In this document: positions 17,223-29,603 of the stretch, piece after piece
Layout of the letters: each line of letters begins with the position of its first letter
Numbering within the stretch: the first letter of the stretch is position 1
Assembly (NCBI GenBank): GCA_044344255.1
Contig: JBIJDH010000002.1
Span: 192,001 to 256,000, forward strand
DNA from: Myxococcota bacterium
GTDB lineage: Bacteria > Myxococcota_A > UBA796 > UBA2385
Length of the DNA stretch: 64,000 nt
Reading direction: 5' to 3'
Position numbers and translations under genes: made by a program
The notes under the pieces: generated by a model
What the model saw: only the letters and a program-made list of their open reading frames with translations
Databases searched by the model: none
What the model was told of the DNA's origin: nothing

Positions 17223-18926
17223 TCAGTAGTAGGTGACCGTTCCCCCGATGTTCTCAACGCCAACCTCGGCCAACCACCGCTCCACCTCGGCGTCTTCGAG
17301 GGCCCAGTTGCTCGTGATCTGCACGTCGCTGCCGATCGACTGAATGCCGTCGATTGCCGACAGATCGGTGAGAACATCGTTCCCATGAAGCACCAGGTGG
17401 GCGTCGAGGCTGGTCAGGCTCTCCAGGCCGGCGAGCGTCTCGATTTTGCTGCAGTTGTCTACTTGGACGGAGATCGTATGGGTGATCGGGCCCATTCCGA
17501 CCAGATTGACGAGCTTCGAGTCCCTGTAGAGGCTGAGGACGCCGACCTCGGTGAGGGATCCGAGCCCCTCCAAGGAGCGGATGCCCCTCATGTCCCAGAT
17601 GTCGAGCGAGCCCCCTACCCGTTGGAGACCGCTCAGGCCCGACAGGTCGGTGACCCGGTTCATGCCCGAGAGGTAGAGGTCGCCGGTGACCTCGCTCAAT
17701 TGTTCAAAGCCGGAGAGGGTGGTCGGGCTCGTGGAGTTGACGATGCTGATAGAGCCCGCGCTCCGGAGTGAGCTCAGTCCGGAGAAGTCGGTGATCTCGT
17801 GGTTGAGGTCATCCAGCCAGAGCAGGCCGCCCACCGACTCGAGCTGGGAGAGGGGGGAGAGATCGGTGACCGCGGGCAGCATGAAGTAGAGGTCTCCACC
17901 GAGAGAGACGAGGCCGGACAGGAAGTCAACATTGTCGAGGCCGGGGAGGTCCAGCTTGAGTCCTCCAGAAGGGGCGGTCAGGCTGGAGAGGTCGATGGAG
18001 AGGGCCTCCAACCTGTCGGTGGGCCAGGTGTCGAGGTGCAGGGTGCCGCCCACCTCCTCCAGGCTCCGGAGATCGAGCGTCGAGGTCCCATCGTAGAGGG
18101 TGAGCCAGAGGTCACCCCCGATGGACTCGAGGGAGTGCAGATCGACGAGCTCTGCGCCCGAGGTGCTCAGCCACATGTCGGTCCCGACCGTCCGAAGCGA
18201 GCCGAAGTCCATCAAGCTCCCGTTGCTGGGACAGTCCTGAGCGTAGAGGTAGCCCCCGAGCTCCTCCAGGGCGGGGAATCCTTGTAAGGTGGGCCACCCA
18301 TTTTCATAGATGGAGATGGCCCAGCTGACCCGTCGTAGGTTGGCGAGCCCGTCCAGATTGTCGAGGCCGCTGTTGTTGTTCACGAATACGGATCCGCTTA
18401 CTTCGACCAGGCAGGCGAGCTCATCAAGGTCCCCCAGCGAAGTGTCCTGGATCATCAGGTCTCCATGGATACGATCATAGGTGGAGCAGAGCTCCTCCAT
18501 GCCGTCCACCGTCCTGATCGAGACATCCCCATCGAAGGTCCCTCCTGTGCAGACCGGGTCCACATCGTCGCAGTCCTGCGCGATGCCATCCCCGCAGGGG
18601 TCGAAGGCCTCCGGGTGGGTGGAGGGTTCTGTGTCATCACAGTCGGTCGCGTCGGCTACGGTGTAGTGCGGCTGCACGCAAGACGTGGTGGAGACATTGA
18701 CGTCACCGTATCCATCGTCATCGGCGTCCGCGTACCAGATGGACGGGTCGATACAGTCACCTGTATCATCGGCGTCGCCGGTTCCCGAGTCAGCCCCGCT
18801 GTCTTCACTCCCTCCCTCGGTGTCCCCGGCGGTGTCGTCTGAGGAGGTGGTGGGAGGCCTGCCTTCCTCTTTGTCTCCACAGGCGATGAGCAAGAGGAGG
18901 GAGAGGGTGGCGGATGTCCGCGACAT
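17223..18926 (-). CDS. Lipoprotein with MopE-like Asp/Cys metal-binding repeat and receptor-L/leucine-rich repeats
   Basis: Lipobox LIAC; WYADADDDGYGD..DCDD..CGDGIAQDCD; repeated LxGLxxLxxVGGxLxI. Confidence 0.88.
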   Translation of the reverse strand: MSRTSATLSLLLLIACGDKEEGRPPTTSSDDTAGDTEGGSEDSGADSGTGDADDTGDCIDPSIWYADADDDGYGDVNVSTTSCVQPHYTVADATDCDDTEPSTHPEAFDPCGDGIAQDCDDVDPVCTGGTFDGDVSIRTVDGMEELCSTYDRIHGDLMIQDTSLGDLDELACLVEVSGSVFVNNNSGLDNLDGLANLRRVSWAISIYENGWPTLQGFPALEELGGYLYAQDCPSNGSLMDFGSLRTVGTDMWLSTSGAELVDLHSLESIGGDLWLTLYDGTSTLDLRSLEEVGGTLHLDTWPTDRLEALSIDLSSLTAPSGGLKLDLPGLDNVDFLSGLVSLGGDLYFMLPAVTDLSPLSQLESVGGLLWLDDLNHEITDFSGLSSLRSAGSISIVNSTSPTTLSGFEQLSEVTGDLYLSGMNRVTDLSGLSGLQRVGGSLDIWDMRGIRSLEGLGSLTEVGVLSLYRDSKLVNLVGMGPITHTISVQVDNCSKIETLAGLESLTSLDAHLVLHGNDVLTDLSAIDGIQSIGSDVQITSNWALEDAEVERWLAEVGVENIGGTVTYY

Positions 18927-19073
18927 GCAGCGCTCCAGGGCTCCCCTTCGAAGTAACTCAGGTTGTCTCGGCCTCGAGCAAAATCCTATCGCGGTGGTAG
19001 GGCATACGCGATCTCAGGCACCCCGTGGATGGGGAGCCGACCACGGCATCCGGGTCCCCCGTCATCGGGGTCA

Positions 19074-19388
19074 TCATCGCTCGAGATGGTCGCCCTCGAC
19101 CAGCCAGCGCCGCTCGGCCCAGAAGGTCCCGCCCGGCACGAGGGAGGCGACGAGCCAGCCCGCGCTGCGCTGCAGCCCCCAGCCGGCCTCGAAGTGGACA
19201 CGGGCGAGGCCCAGCACAAAGGCCATGAAGAAGATCCCGTGCAGCCAGCCGGCCAGGGGGATGAAGCGCGGATCGTGGAAGAGGTACTTGAGCGGCATCG
19301 CGACGCCGAAGAGGATCAGCGTCGTGACCCCCTCCGCGCGGGCGAGCCAGCGAAACCAGCGGGCGGTGAAGGGTCCAAGCGCGGTCAT
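19074..19388 (-). CDS. DUF3817 small membrane protein
   Basis: FRWLARAEG..LFGVAMPLKY..GWLHGIFF..ASLVPGGTFWAER. Confidence 0.85.
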   Translation of the reverse strand: MTALGPFTARWFRWLARAEGVTTLILFGVAMPLKYLFHDPRFIPLAGWLHGIFFMAFVLGLARVHFEAGWGLQRSAGWLVASLVPGGTFWAERRWLVEGDHLER

Positions 19389-19476
19389 GGGAGCGGCTAA
19401 CCGGGGAGGGCGGCGCTCGCCCCGCGCGTTCGCGCTGGACCCGCCGGAGCGCGCCTCTCGCCGCCCTCAACCCCGG

Positions 19477-21873
<2,397 letters not shown>

Positions 21874-22013
21874 GACCCGCCTCGTAGCGCGATGGGGCCC
21901 GGGCGGGTAGGGCGGTCCTGTCGGCAGGCCCTCCACGGGCTGCGGACCCTCCCGGGAAGGCTCGGCGATGACGCAGGAGACGGGGGAGCCCGGCACCCCC
22001 GAGGACGGTGGCC

Positions 22014-25000
22014 ATGGAACTGCCCGCTCGCTTCGGGAAGTACGAGCTCATCGAGCACCTGGCGACCGGCGGAATGGCGGAGGTCTTCCTCGCGCGGAGC
22101 TTCGGGGTCGAGGGCTTCGAGAAGCGCCTCGTCATCAAGCGCATCCTCCCGGCGCTGTCGCGGGCGCGTCACTTCATCTCGCTGTTCATCCAGGAGGCGA
22201 GGGTCACGGCGGGGCTGTCGCACCCGAACATCGTGCAGTTCTACGAGCTCGGCAAGGTGGGCGACGAGCACTACATCGCGATGGAGCACATCCACGGCCG
22301 TGACCTCACGCAGACCAACCGGGCCCTGCGGCGAGAGGGGCGGCGGATGCCCGTGGCGCTCGCCGTCTATGTCGTGGCCAAGCTGCTGCGCGGCCTCGGC
22401 TACGCGCACTCTCACACCGACGCCCGCGGGCGCCCGCTGCGGCTCGTCCACCGCGACGTGAGCCCCCACAACGTCCTCCTCAGCTTTCAGGGCGAGGTCA
22501 AGCTCTTTGACTTCGGCATCGCGCGCCTCTTCTCGGACGGGGCCGACCCTGACCTCGCCCCCGCGCCCGGGCGGGCGGGCGGCAAGTTCGCCTACATGTC
22601 GCCCGAGCAGGCCGCCGGGCGGCCGATCGACCGCCGGAGCGACATCTACGCCGCGGGCATCGTCCTCTACGAGCTGCTCGTCGGTCACCGGCTCTTCCAG
22701 GACCCCGATCCCGAGGAGAAGCTGCGCCGGGTGCTGGCCGCCGACGTGACCGATCCGCGGGTCGAGGTGCCCGAGATCCCGGACGGTCTCTGGGCGATCC
22801 TCAAGCGCCTGCTGGCCCGCGATCCCGACGACCGGCCGGCCCGGGCCGAGCTCGCCGAAGAGGAGCTCCTGGGCTTCCTCTACTCGGAGGGCATGCGGGC
22901 CGACGCCGCCGGGATGGTGGCGCTGCTCGGGGAGCTGTTCCCCGAGGCCTCGGCCGACCGCCGCAGCAGCCTCGACCTCGAGGGGCTCGCCGCCGACCTC
23001 GGCCGCCTGCGGGTGCGCCCGGAGGAGCCCACCGAGCCCACCGGCTCCGACGAGAGCGCCGCCCCGCGCCCGGCGGGCATGCAGGCCCTCTCCCTCGGCG
23101 GCACAGCCGGAGAACGAAAGCCCATCTTCGCGCTCGTGGCCGAGGTCCTGGGCTTCACCGACCTCCCCGGGGGCGGCGAGCCCGAGCAGATCGTCCGCCG
23201 GCACCTCCGCTTCCTCCGGCGCATCCGATCCACCGTCGAGCGCTTCGGCGGGCGGGTGGAGCACTTCCAGGACGACACCCTGATCATCTTCTTCGGCGTG
23301 CCGCGGGCCACGGAGAATGACCTCGAGCGCTCGCTCGCCGCCGCCACCGCCCTGCACCGGGCCACGCGCCGGATGACCCGCGAGGGCCTGCCGGTGAGCC
23401 TCGGCATCGGGATCCATCGGGGCGAGGTGACGGTGGCCGGCGGCCCCCACAAGGCGCACCACCGCTACCTCGCGCAGGGCGACACGATGAAGCTCGCCCG
23501 TCGCCTCTGCTTCGAGGCCGAGGCGGGGCAGACCCTCGTGAGCGACCGGGTGGCCGCGCTCGCCGGCGACCGCTTCCGCTTCGGCGTCGGCCCCGACCTG
23601 CGTCTCAAGGGGCACCCGGGTCAGCGGCGCTCCTTTCTCCTGCTGGGCCCGCGTCACCGCGAGCTGCCGACGGGCGGCGCCTGGCTCCCGCGCAGCGCCG
23701 AGCTCGACGTGCTGCGCGAGGCCCTCGAGTGCCTCGCCCGGGAGCGCGGCGGCGTCGTCCTGGTGAGCGGCCCCACCGGCAGCGGGAAGTCGCGGCTGGT
23801 GCGCGAGCTCATGGGCCTCGCCCGCCTCCGCAGCGTGCCCCTCTACGCCGGCCGGGCCCTCCCCTACGAGGGCGATCGCCCGCTCGCCCCCTTCCGCGAG
23901 CTGGTGGGCAGCGTGCTCGGCGTCGAGTCGGGGGACGCGCCGGCCACCTTACGCGAGCGGCTCCTTCGCCTCGGTCAGCTCCACCTCTCGGAGTCCGAGC
24001 GCGGCACCATCGCCGCCCTCTTCGCCGTGGATCTGCAAGGGAGGCCCCCGGAGACCAGCGAGGACGCCGTCTTCCGGGCCGCCGCCGCCCTCGTGCTGGG
24101 CCTCGCCGAGGAGGGCCCCGTCCTGCTGGTGATGGAGGACGTGCACAACCTCGATCCCCTCGAGCAGCGCCTCCTCGGTCATGTGGTGCGCGTGTCCGCG
24201 GCCCGCCCCGTGCTCTTCCTCTTCACCGCCCGAGACGCCACGGCGCCCACCGGGGTGCGAGCCGACTGGGAGATCGCGCTCGGGCGGCTCGATCGGGCGG
24301 CGTTGGCCGAGCTCGTCCGGGAGCGGGTGGGCGCGGAGCAGGTGGGCGCCCCCCTCCTCGCCCTGGTGGACCGCACCGCCGAGGGCAACCCCCTCTACGT
24401 CGAGGCCGTGCTCGGCGCCCTCACCCAGGCGGGGCGCATCCACGTCGAGGGCGGGGTGGCCGAGCTCGTAGACCCCTCCCGGGATCCGCAGCTCCCGCCG
24501 GACATCGAGGGCCTGATCTCGGCCCGCATCGACGCCCTCGATCCCGTGGCGAAGGGCACCCTGCAGCTCTCCGCCACCCTCGGCATGAGCTTCCCGCCGG
24601 ATCTGCTGGCCGCTTGTCTCGGGCAGCTCGAGATCGAGGCCACCCTGCGGCCGCTCGAGCAGGCCGGGCTCATCAACCGCGACGAGTCGGGCAGCGAGGA
24701 GCGCTGCACCTTCAGCAGCTCGCTGGTCTGGGAGGTGGTGCGGCGCTCCATCCTCGGCATGCGGCGCCGCGACCTCCACCGGGTGGTGGCCGACGGCATC
24801 GAGCGCCTCTACGCCGATCGCCTCGACCTCCACCGCCAGGTGCTGGCCCGCCACTGCGCCGCCGGGGGGCGTTACCTCGACGCCGCCCGGCACGCCGAGC
24901 AGGCGGGGATCCACCTCCACAGCCAGCAGCTCGTCGAGCAGGCGGCCACCTGCTGGGACAAGGGCATCTCCTGGGTGGAGGACGCCCGGGCGAGCGGGGA

Positions 25001-26081
25001 GCGAGAGGGGGCCACCACCGAGCTCGAGATCAACCTCCGCCTCCGCGCCGGCGCGGCCTGGGCCCTCGTGGGCGCCTCGCGGCCGGCCGAGATGCACCTG
25101 CAGGTCGCCCTCGACCTCGCCGCTGAGGTGGGGGACACCGAGGTGGAGGCCCGCGCCGAGCTCGAGCTCGGCCGGCTCTACCGCAACCAGGGTCAGCTCG
25201 TGCCCGCGGGCGCGCACCTCGACAGCGCGCACGCGCTGGCGATCTGCGCCATCGAGGAGGGCACCGGCGCCCAGGTCTGGGCTCGAACCGTCGCCGTGGA
25301 GGCCTTGGAGTCCCTCGGGCGGCTCTGCCACGAGCTCGGCGAGCACGCCAAGGCCGCCGCTCACTTCGAGGAGGCGCGGGCGCGGGCCGGCGACGATGAC
25401 CGACTCGCCACCCGCGCGCTGCTCGGCCTCGCCGCCTGGCCGATCCGCCGGGAGGACGAAGCCGCCGCGCTCGCCCTGCTCGAGGAGGCCCTGCGCCGCT
25501 CCCGCCGCTCGCGGGACCGCATCCTCATCGGTCGGGTCATCAACAACATTGGGATCGTGCACCACGGGGCGGGCCGCTACGACGCGGCGCTCGACTGCTT
25601 CCGCGAGGCGCTGGAGCTGCGGCAGGGCCTCGGCTACCGGCAGGGCATGGTGGTCAACCTGCACAACATCGGCGACACCCACACCCGCCGCGGCGAGCCC
25701 GGGCGGGCCTGGGCGGCCTTCACCCAGAGCCGCGATCTCGCGCAGCAGATGGGCTGGGAGCCGGGCGTCCTGATGAGCGCCGCGTGGCTGTCCTTCCTCG
25801 AGGCCGAGCGGATGCGCGAAGACGCGGGGGAGGGTGTGGTCTCGATGGGGGGGAGCCTCCAGGCCGGCCGGATCCGCGAGGCCGCGGCGCGCGCCGAGGC
25901 CCTGGGCGATCCAGAGACGGGGCTCACCGCCCGCTGGCTGCTCGGTCGCCTGCTCATCGCCGAGGGGCGGCGTGGGGAGGCCCGGACGGCGCTGTTAGAC
26001 GCCCGGGCGCGCGCCCTCCGCCTCGAGGCCCGCGGCCTCCTCCGGGACGTCGAGGACGCCCTCTCCCGCCTGGACACCTGA
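22014..26081 (+). CDS. Ser/Thr kinase - class III cyclase-like - AAA/STAND ATPase - TPR multidomain protein
   Basis: GGMAEV, HRDVSPHN, DFG; cyclase-like LVAEVLGFT/IGIHRGEV/GDTMKLARRL; GPTGSGKS; LVMEDVH; GNPLYV; C-terminal TPRs (NNIGIVH, LHNIGD). Confidence 0.92.
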   Translation: MELPARFGKYELIEHLATGGMAEVFLARSFGVEGFEKRLVIKRILPALSRARHFISLFIQEARVTAGLSHPNIVQFYELGKVGDEHYIAMEHIHGRDLTQTNRALRREGRRMPVALAVYVVAKLLRGLGYAHSHTDARGRPLRLVHRDVSPHNVLLSFQGEVKLFDFGIARLFSDGADPDLAPAPGRAGGKFAYMSPEQAAGRPIDRRSDIYAAGIVLYELLVGHRLFQDPDPEEKLRRVLAADVTDPRVEVPEIPDGLWAILKRLLARDPDDRPARAELAEEELLGFLYSEGMRADAAGMVALLGELFPEASADRRSSLDLEGLAADLGRLRVRPEEPTEPTGSDESAAPRPAGMQALSLGGTAGERKPIFALVAEVLGFTDLPGGGEPEQIVRRHLRFLRRIRSTVERFGGRVEHFQDDTLIIFFGVPRATENDLERSLAAATALHRATRRMTREGLPVSLGIGIHRGEVTVAGGPHKAHHRYLAQGDTMKLARRLCFEAEAGQTLVSDRVAALAGDRFRFGVGPDLRLKGHPGQRRSFLLLGPRHRELPTGGAWLPRSAELDVLREALECLARERGGVVLVSGPTGSGKSRLVRELMGLARLRSVPLYAGRALPYEGDRPLAPFRELVGSVLGVESGDAPATLRERLLRLGQLHLSESERGTIAALFAVDLQGRPPETSEDAVFRAAAALVLGLAEEGPVLLVMEDVHNLDPLEQRLLGHVVRVSAARPVLFLFTARDATAPTGVRADWEIALGRLDRAALAELVRERVGAEQVGAPLLALVDRTAEGNPLYVEAVLGALTQAGRIHVEGGVAELVDPSRDPQLPPDIEGLISARIDALDPVAKGTLQLSATLGMSFPPDLLAACLGQLEIEATLRPLEQAGLINRDESGSEERCTFSSSLVWEVVRRSILGMRRRDLHRVVADGIERLYADRLDLHRQVLARHCAAGGRYLDAARHAEQAGIHLHSQQLVEQAATCWDKGISWVEDARASGEREGATTELEINLRLRAGAAWALVGASRPAEMHLQVALDLAAEVGDTEVEARAELELGRLYRNQGQLVPAGAHLDSAHALAICAIEEGTGAQVWARTVAVEALESLGRLCHELGEHAKAAAHFEEARARAGDDDRLATRALLGLAAWPIRREDEAAALALLEEALRRSRRSRDRILIGRVINNIGIVHHGAGRYDAALDCFREALELRQGLGYRQGMVVNLHNIGDTHTRRGEPGRAWAAFTQSRDLAQQMGWEPGVLMSAAWLSFLEAERMREDAGEGVVSMGGSLQAGRIREAAARAEALGDPETGLTARWLLGRLLIAEGRRGEARTALLDARARALRLEARGLLRDVEDALSRLDT

Positions 26082-26106
26082 ACCCTCGCCCGCCTGAGGT
26101 GCCCCC

Positions 26107-26958
26107 GTGCTCGCCGCGACAGTCTGGTCTCTCTGGGCGCTCTCCGGCTGTGGGGGCCCCGCTCCGGCACCCTCCGTGGACGCGGTGGCGCTCGGGCCGC
26201 CGCCGGAGCACCGCGTGTTCCCGAGCGCCGCGGCGGCGGTCTCGGCGCTGCTCCAAGAGAAGCCGCGGGTCATCGGGGTGGGTGAGCTGCACAGCCTGAA
26301 CGAGGGCCCGGCCATCCGGAGCACCCTCGTGCGCTTTCGGGAGGAGCTCCTCCCCGTGCTGGCGCCGGTGACCACTGATCTGGTCATCGAGACCTGGCGG
26401 GTGACCGGCCGCTGCGGGGCAGAAGAGGCGGTGGTGGCCGCGCAGGTGCAGGTCGAGACGAAGCGGCCCGAGGTGGTCAAGAGCGAGGTGCTGCTGCTCG
26501 CCGAGGCCGCGCTGGCCTTGGGGGTGCAGCCCCACGACATCACCTTCACCTGCGAAGAGCACGCCGCCTTCCTCGACGCCGCCGGGCAGCTCCAGATGGA
26601 GCCGCTCTTGTTGCAGGTCACGCGAAAGCTCGGGGAGTACGAGCAGAAGGCCCTCGACACCCCCACCGCCTCGCTGGTCATCTACGGGGGGGCGCTGCAC
26701 AACAACCTCATCCCGATGGAGGGCTTCGAGGCCTACAGCTACGCACTGCCGCTCCGTGAGGCGGCCGGCACCGCCTACATCGAGCTCGACCTGTACGCGC
26801 CCGAGCAGCTCCGCGCCAAGGACACGATGGTCGAGCCCGCCTGGGCGCCCCTCATCGACCTCGCCGGCCCCGGCCGCGCCGTGCTCGTGACCCGCGGCCC
26901 CGGCAGCTACGTGCTGCTGCTCGACAGCCCGCCCGTCGCGCCCGCCGCCTCCCCCTGA
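26107..26958 (+). CDS. Hypothetical lipoprotein (possible TIKI/ChaN-like metal site)
   Basis: Lipobox LSGC; VIGVGELH, LVIET, YGGALHN. Confidence 0.7.
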   Translation: MLAATVWSLWALSGCGGPAPAPSVDAVALGPPPEHRVFPSAAAAVSALLQEKPRVIGVGELHSLNEGPAIRSTLVRFREELLPVLAPVTTDLVIETWRVTGRCGAEEAVVAAQVQVETKRPEVVKSEVLLLAEAALALGVQPHDITFTCEEHAAFLDAAGQLQMEPLLLQVTRKLGEYEQKALDTPTASLVIYGGALHNNLIPMEGFEAYSYALPLREAAGTAYIELDLYAPEQLRAKDTMVEPAWAPLIDLAGPGRAVLVTRGPGSYVLLLDSPPVAPAASP

Positions 26959-26970
26959 CCGCCGGGGGCC

Positions 26971-27684
26971 TCAGTGGCCGCCCAGGTACGCCTTGCGCAC
27001 CTCGTCGCTGGCGGCGAGCGTGTGGGCCTCGCCGGAGAGCGCGACACGGCCGACGTCGAGCACGTAGCCGTAGCGGGCCGCCTTGAGCGCCATCCGCGCG
27101 TTCTGCTCGACGAGCAGGATGGTGGTGCCGGCCTCGTTGATCTCCCGGATGACCTTGAAGATCACCTGCACGATCTGGGGCGCGAGGCCGAGCGAGGGCT
27201 CGTCGAGGAGCAGGAGGCGGGGCCGCGCGAGGTAGGCGCGGGCGATGGCCAGCATCTGCTGCTCGCCGCCGGAGAGGGTGCCGGCGTTCTGCTGGAGGCG
27301 CTCGCGGAGGCGGGGGAAGAGCTGGAGGGCCCGCTCGCGGTCGAGCGCGATGCCCTGCTTGTCTCGGCGGGCGAAGGCGCCGATGTCCATGTTCTCGCTG
27401 ACGCTGAGGTTGGCGAAGATGCCGCGGCCCTCCGGCGCGTGGGCGATGCCGAGCGCGACCACGTCATGCGGCGCCCGGCCGCCGATCGAGGCGCCGTCGA
27501 AGCGGATGCTCCCGCCTGACGGTTTGACGAGGCCCGAGATGGCCCGGAGCGTCGTGCTCTTGCCGGCCCCGTTGCCCCCGATGAGGGTGACGATGGTGCC
27601 GGCCTCGACGTCGAGTGAGACGCCGTGCAGGGCCTGGATGGCCCCATAGTGGACGGTGAGGTCGCGGATCTCCAAGAGCGCCAT
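26971..27684 (-). CDS. livF: Branched-chain amino acid ABC transporter ATPase
   Basis: GGNGAGKST; PEGRGIF; LSGGEQQML; DEPSLGLAP. Confidence 0.95.
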   Translation of the reverse strand: MALLEIRDLTVHYGAIQALHGVSLDVEAGTIVTLIGGNGAGKSTTLRAISGLVKPSGGSIRFDGASIGGRAPHDVVALGIAHAPEGRGIFANLSVSENMDIGAFARRDKQGIALDRERALQLFPRLRERLQQNAGTLSGGEQQMLAIARAYLARPRLLLLDEPSLGLAPQIVQVIFKVIREINEAGTTILLVEQNARMALKAARYGYVLDVGRVALSGEAHTLAASDEVRKAYLGGH

Positions 27685-28494
27685 TCAGCCCCCCTCGCCG
27701 TCGTCAGTGCCGAGGTAGGCCTCGATGACCGCAGGGTCCTGCTGGACCGCGGTGGGATCCCCCGCGGCGATGACCTCGCCGTGGTCGAGGACCGTGATGT
27801 GCTCGCAGATGCTCATCACGAGCCCCATGTCGTGCTCGATCAGCAAGATGGTGAGGCCAAAGCGGTCTCGGATCGAGCGGATCAGGCCGGACAGCTCCAC
27901 CTTCTCGCCGCTGTTCATGCCGGCGGCGGGCTCGTCGAGGAGCAGCACCTTCGGGCGGGTGGCCAGCGCACGGGCGATCTCGAGGCGGCGCTGGTCGCCG
28001 TAGGGGAGGTTTCGGGCCTGCTCGTCTGCGCGGTCCGAGAGGCCGAAGATCTCGAGCAGGGCGTGGGCCTCCTCGGTGATCGCCCGCTCTTCGCCGAACC
28101 AGCCGGCCGTGCGCAGCAGGGCGGAGAGCGTGGAGCTCTTCGTGCGGTGGTGCGCGGCGATGCGCACGTTGTCGAGGACGGAGAGCTCGCCGAAGAGGCG
28201 GATGTTCTGGAAGGTGCGCGCGAGGCCAGCGGCGGCGATGCGGTTCGGGCGGAGGCCGTTCAAGCGCCGCCCGTCGAGGGAGATGTCGCCGCTGTCCGCC
28301 TGGTACACCCCGGTGATGAGGTTGAAGACCGTCGTCTTCCCGGCCCCGTTCGGGCCGATGAGCCCGTGCAGCCCGCCCTTCGGCAGGGCGAGGCGGAAGT
28401 CGGAGACGGCCTTGAGCCCCCCGAAGGAGATGCTCACGCCCGAGACGTCGAGCAGGGGCTGGGGCTGGGGCTGCTGAGGCGCGGCGTCGCTCAT
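27685..28494 (-). CDS. livG: Branched-chain amino acid ABC transporter ATPase
   Basis: GPNGAGKTT; RTFQNIRLF; LPYGDQRRLEIARALA; VIEAYLG. Confidence 0.95.
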   Translation of the reverse strand: MSDAAPQQPQPQPLLDVSGVSISFGGLKAVSDFRLALPKGGLHGLIGPNGAGKTTVFNLITGVYQADSGDISLDGRRLNGLRPNRIAAAGLARTFQNIRLFGELSVLDNVRIAAHHRTKSSTLSALLRTAGWFGEERAITEEAHALLEIFGLSDRADEQARNLPYGDQRRLEIARALATRPKVLLLDEPAAGMNSGEKVELSGLIRSIRDRFGLTILLIEHDMGLVMSICEHITVLDHGEVIAAGDPTAVQQDPAVIEAYLGTDDGEGG

Positions 28495-29603
28495 GCGCCC
28501 CTCCGGAACCACGTGCGCAGCGGGCCCATCTCCCAGACCTCCCGCACGCCGAAGATGCCCTGGGGGCGCCAGATCATCATCAGGATCAAGGTGAGCGCGT
28601 AGGCGATCATCCGGTAGTCCGAGAAGGAGCGGAGCAGCTCCGGCAGGACCGTGAGGACGGTGGCCGCGACCACCGTGCCGGAGATGGAGCCCATGCCGCC
28701 GAGCACCACCATGATCACGATCTCGAAGGACTTCTGGAAGCCGAGCTCGCGGGGGTTCAGGGTGGTGCCGACCTCGTGGGCGAAGAGCGCCCCGGCGACG
28801 CCGGCGAAGAAGGCGGCGTAGACGAAGGCCCGAACCTTGAGCTGGGTGGTGGGCACCCCCATCGCCTCGGCGGCGATCTCGTCCTCGCGGATCGAGAGCA
28901 AGGCCCGGCCGTGGGTGGACTCCTTCAGCCGCACGCTCGTCAGCACCACGACGACCACCGCGAGCCAGGCCCAGAAGAGGTTGGTGTAGAAGGGGATGCC
29001 GCCGAAGCCGAGCGAGCCGCCGAGGTGTGTGGCGAGGTCGGGGATCGACATCTCGCGGATCGCGGCGGCGTTGTCAGCCTCCGAGCCCACGAAGACGACG
29101 TCATCGGAGCGCTGCACGATGACCCGGAAGATCTCGCCGAAGCCGAGGGTGACGATGGCGAGGTAGTCGCCGCGCAGGCGGAGCGAGGGCAGGCCGACGA
29201 GGAGCCCGGCCAGCCCCGCCGCCACCCCGCCGAGGAGGGATCCGGCGACGAAGAGCAGCGAGCCCGACGTAAAGAGGCCCTCCTGCGCCACCGCGCTCCC
29301 GAAGAGGCGGTAGCTGCCGTAGTAGGTGACGGCCCCGGCCACGTAGCCGCCCACCGCCATGAAGCCGGCGTGCCCGATCGAGAACTGTCCGGTGAAGCCG
29401 TTGACGAGGTTGAGCGAGACGGCGAGCACGATGTTGATGCCCACGTCGGTGAGCACCTTGGCGTAGTAGCCGCCGAGGCTGGGCCCGACGGCCTGGAGCA
29501 GCGCCGCGAGGCCGATTCCGAGGACGAGCGGGGCGAGGCCGCGCAGCGTCGCGGTGGCGACGGAGGGCGCGAGGGCGGCGCTCCGTTCGGAGAGGTCGCG
29601 CAT
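28491..29603 (-). CDS. livM: Branched-chain amino acid ABC transporter permease
   Basis: GFTGQFSIGHAGF; LRLRGDYLAIVTLGFGEI; IREDEIAAEAMG. Confidence 0.93.
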   Translation of the reverse strand: MRDLSERSAALAPSVATATLRGLAPLVLGIGLAALLQAVGPSLGGYYAKVLTDVGINIVLAVSLNLVNGFTGQFSIGHAGFMAVGGYVAGAVTYYGSYRLFGSAVAQEGLFTSGSLLFVAGSLLGGVAAGLAGLLVGLPSLRLRGDYLAIVTLGFGEIFRVIVQRSDDVVFVGSEADNAAAIREMSIPDLATHLGGSLGFGGIPFYTNLFWAWLAVVVVVLTSVRLKESTHGRALLSIREDEIAAEAMGVPTTQLKVRAFVYAAFFAGVAGALFAHEVGTTLNPRELGFQKSFEIVIMVVLGGMGSISGTVVAATVLTVLPELLRSFSDYRMIAYALTLILMMIWRPQGIFGVREVWEMGPLRTWFRRGA

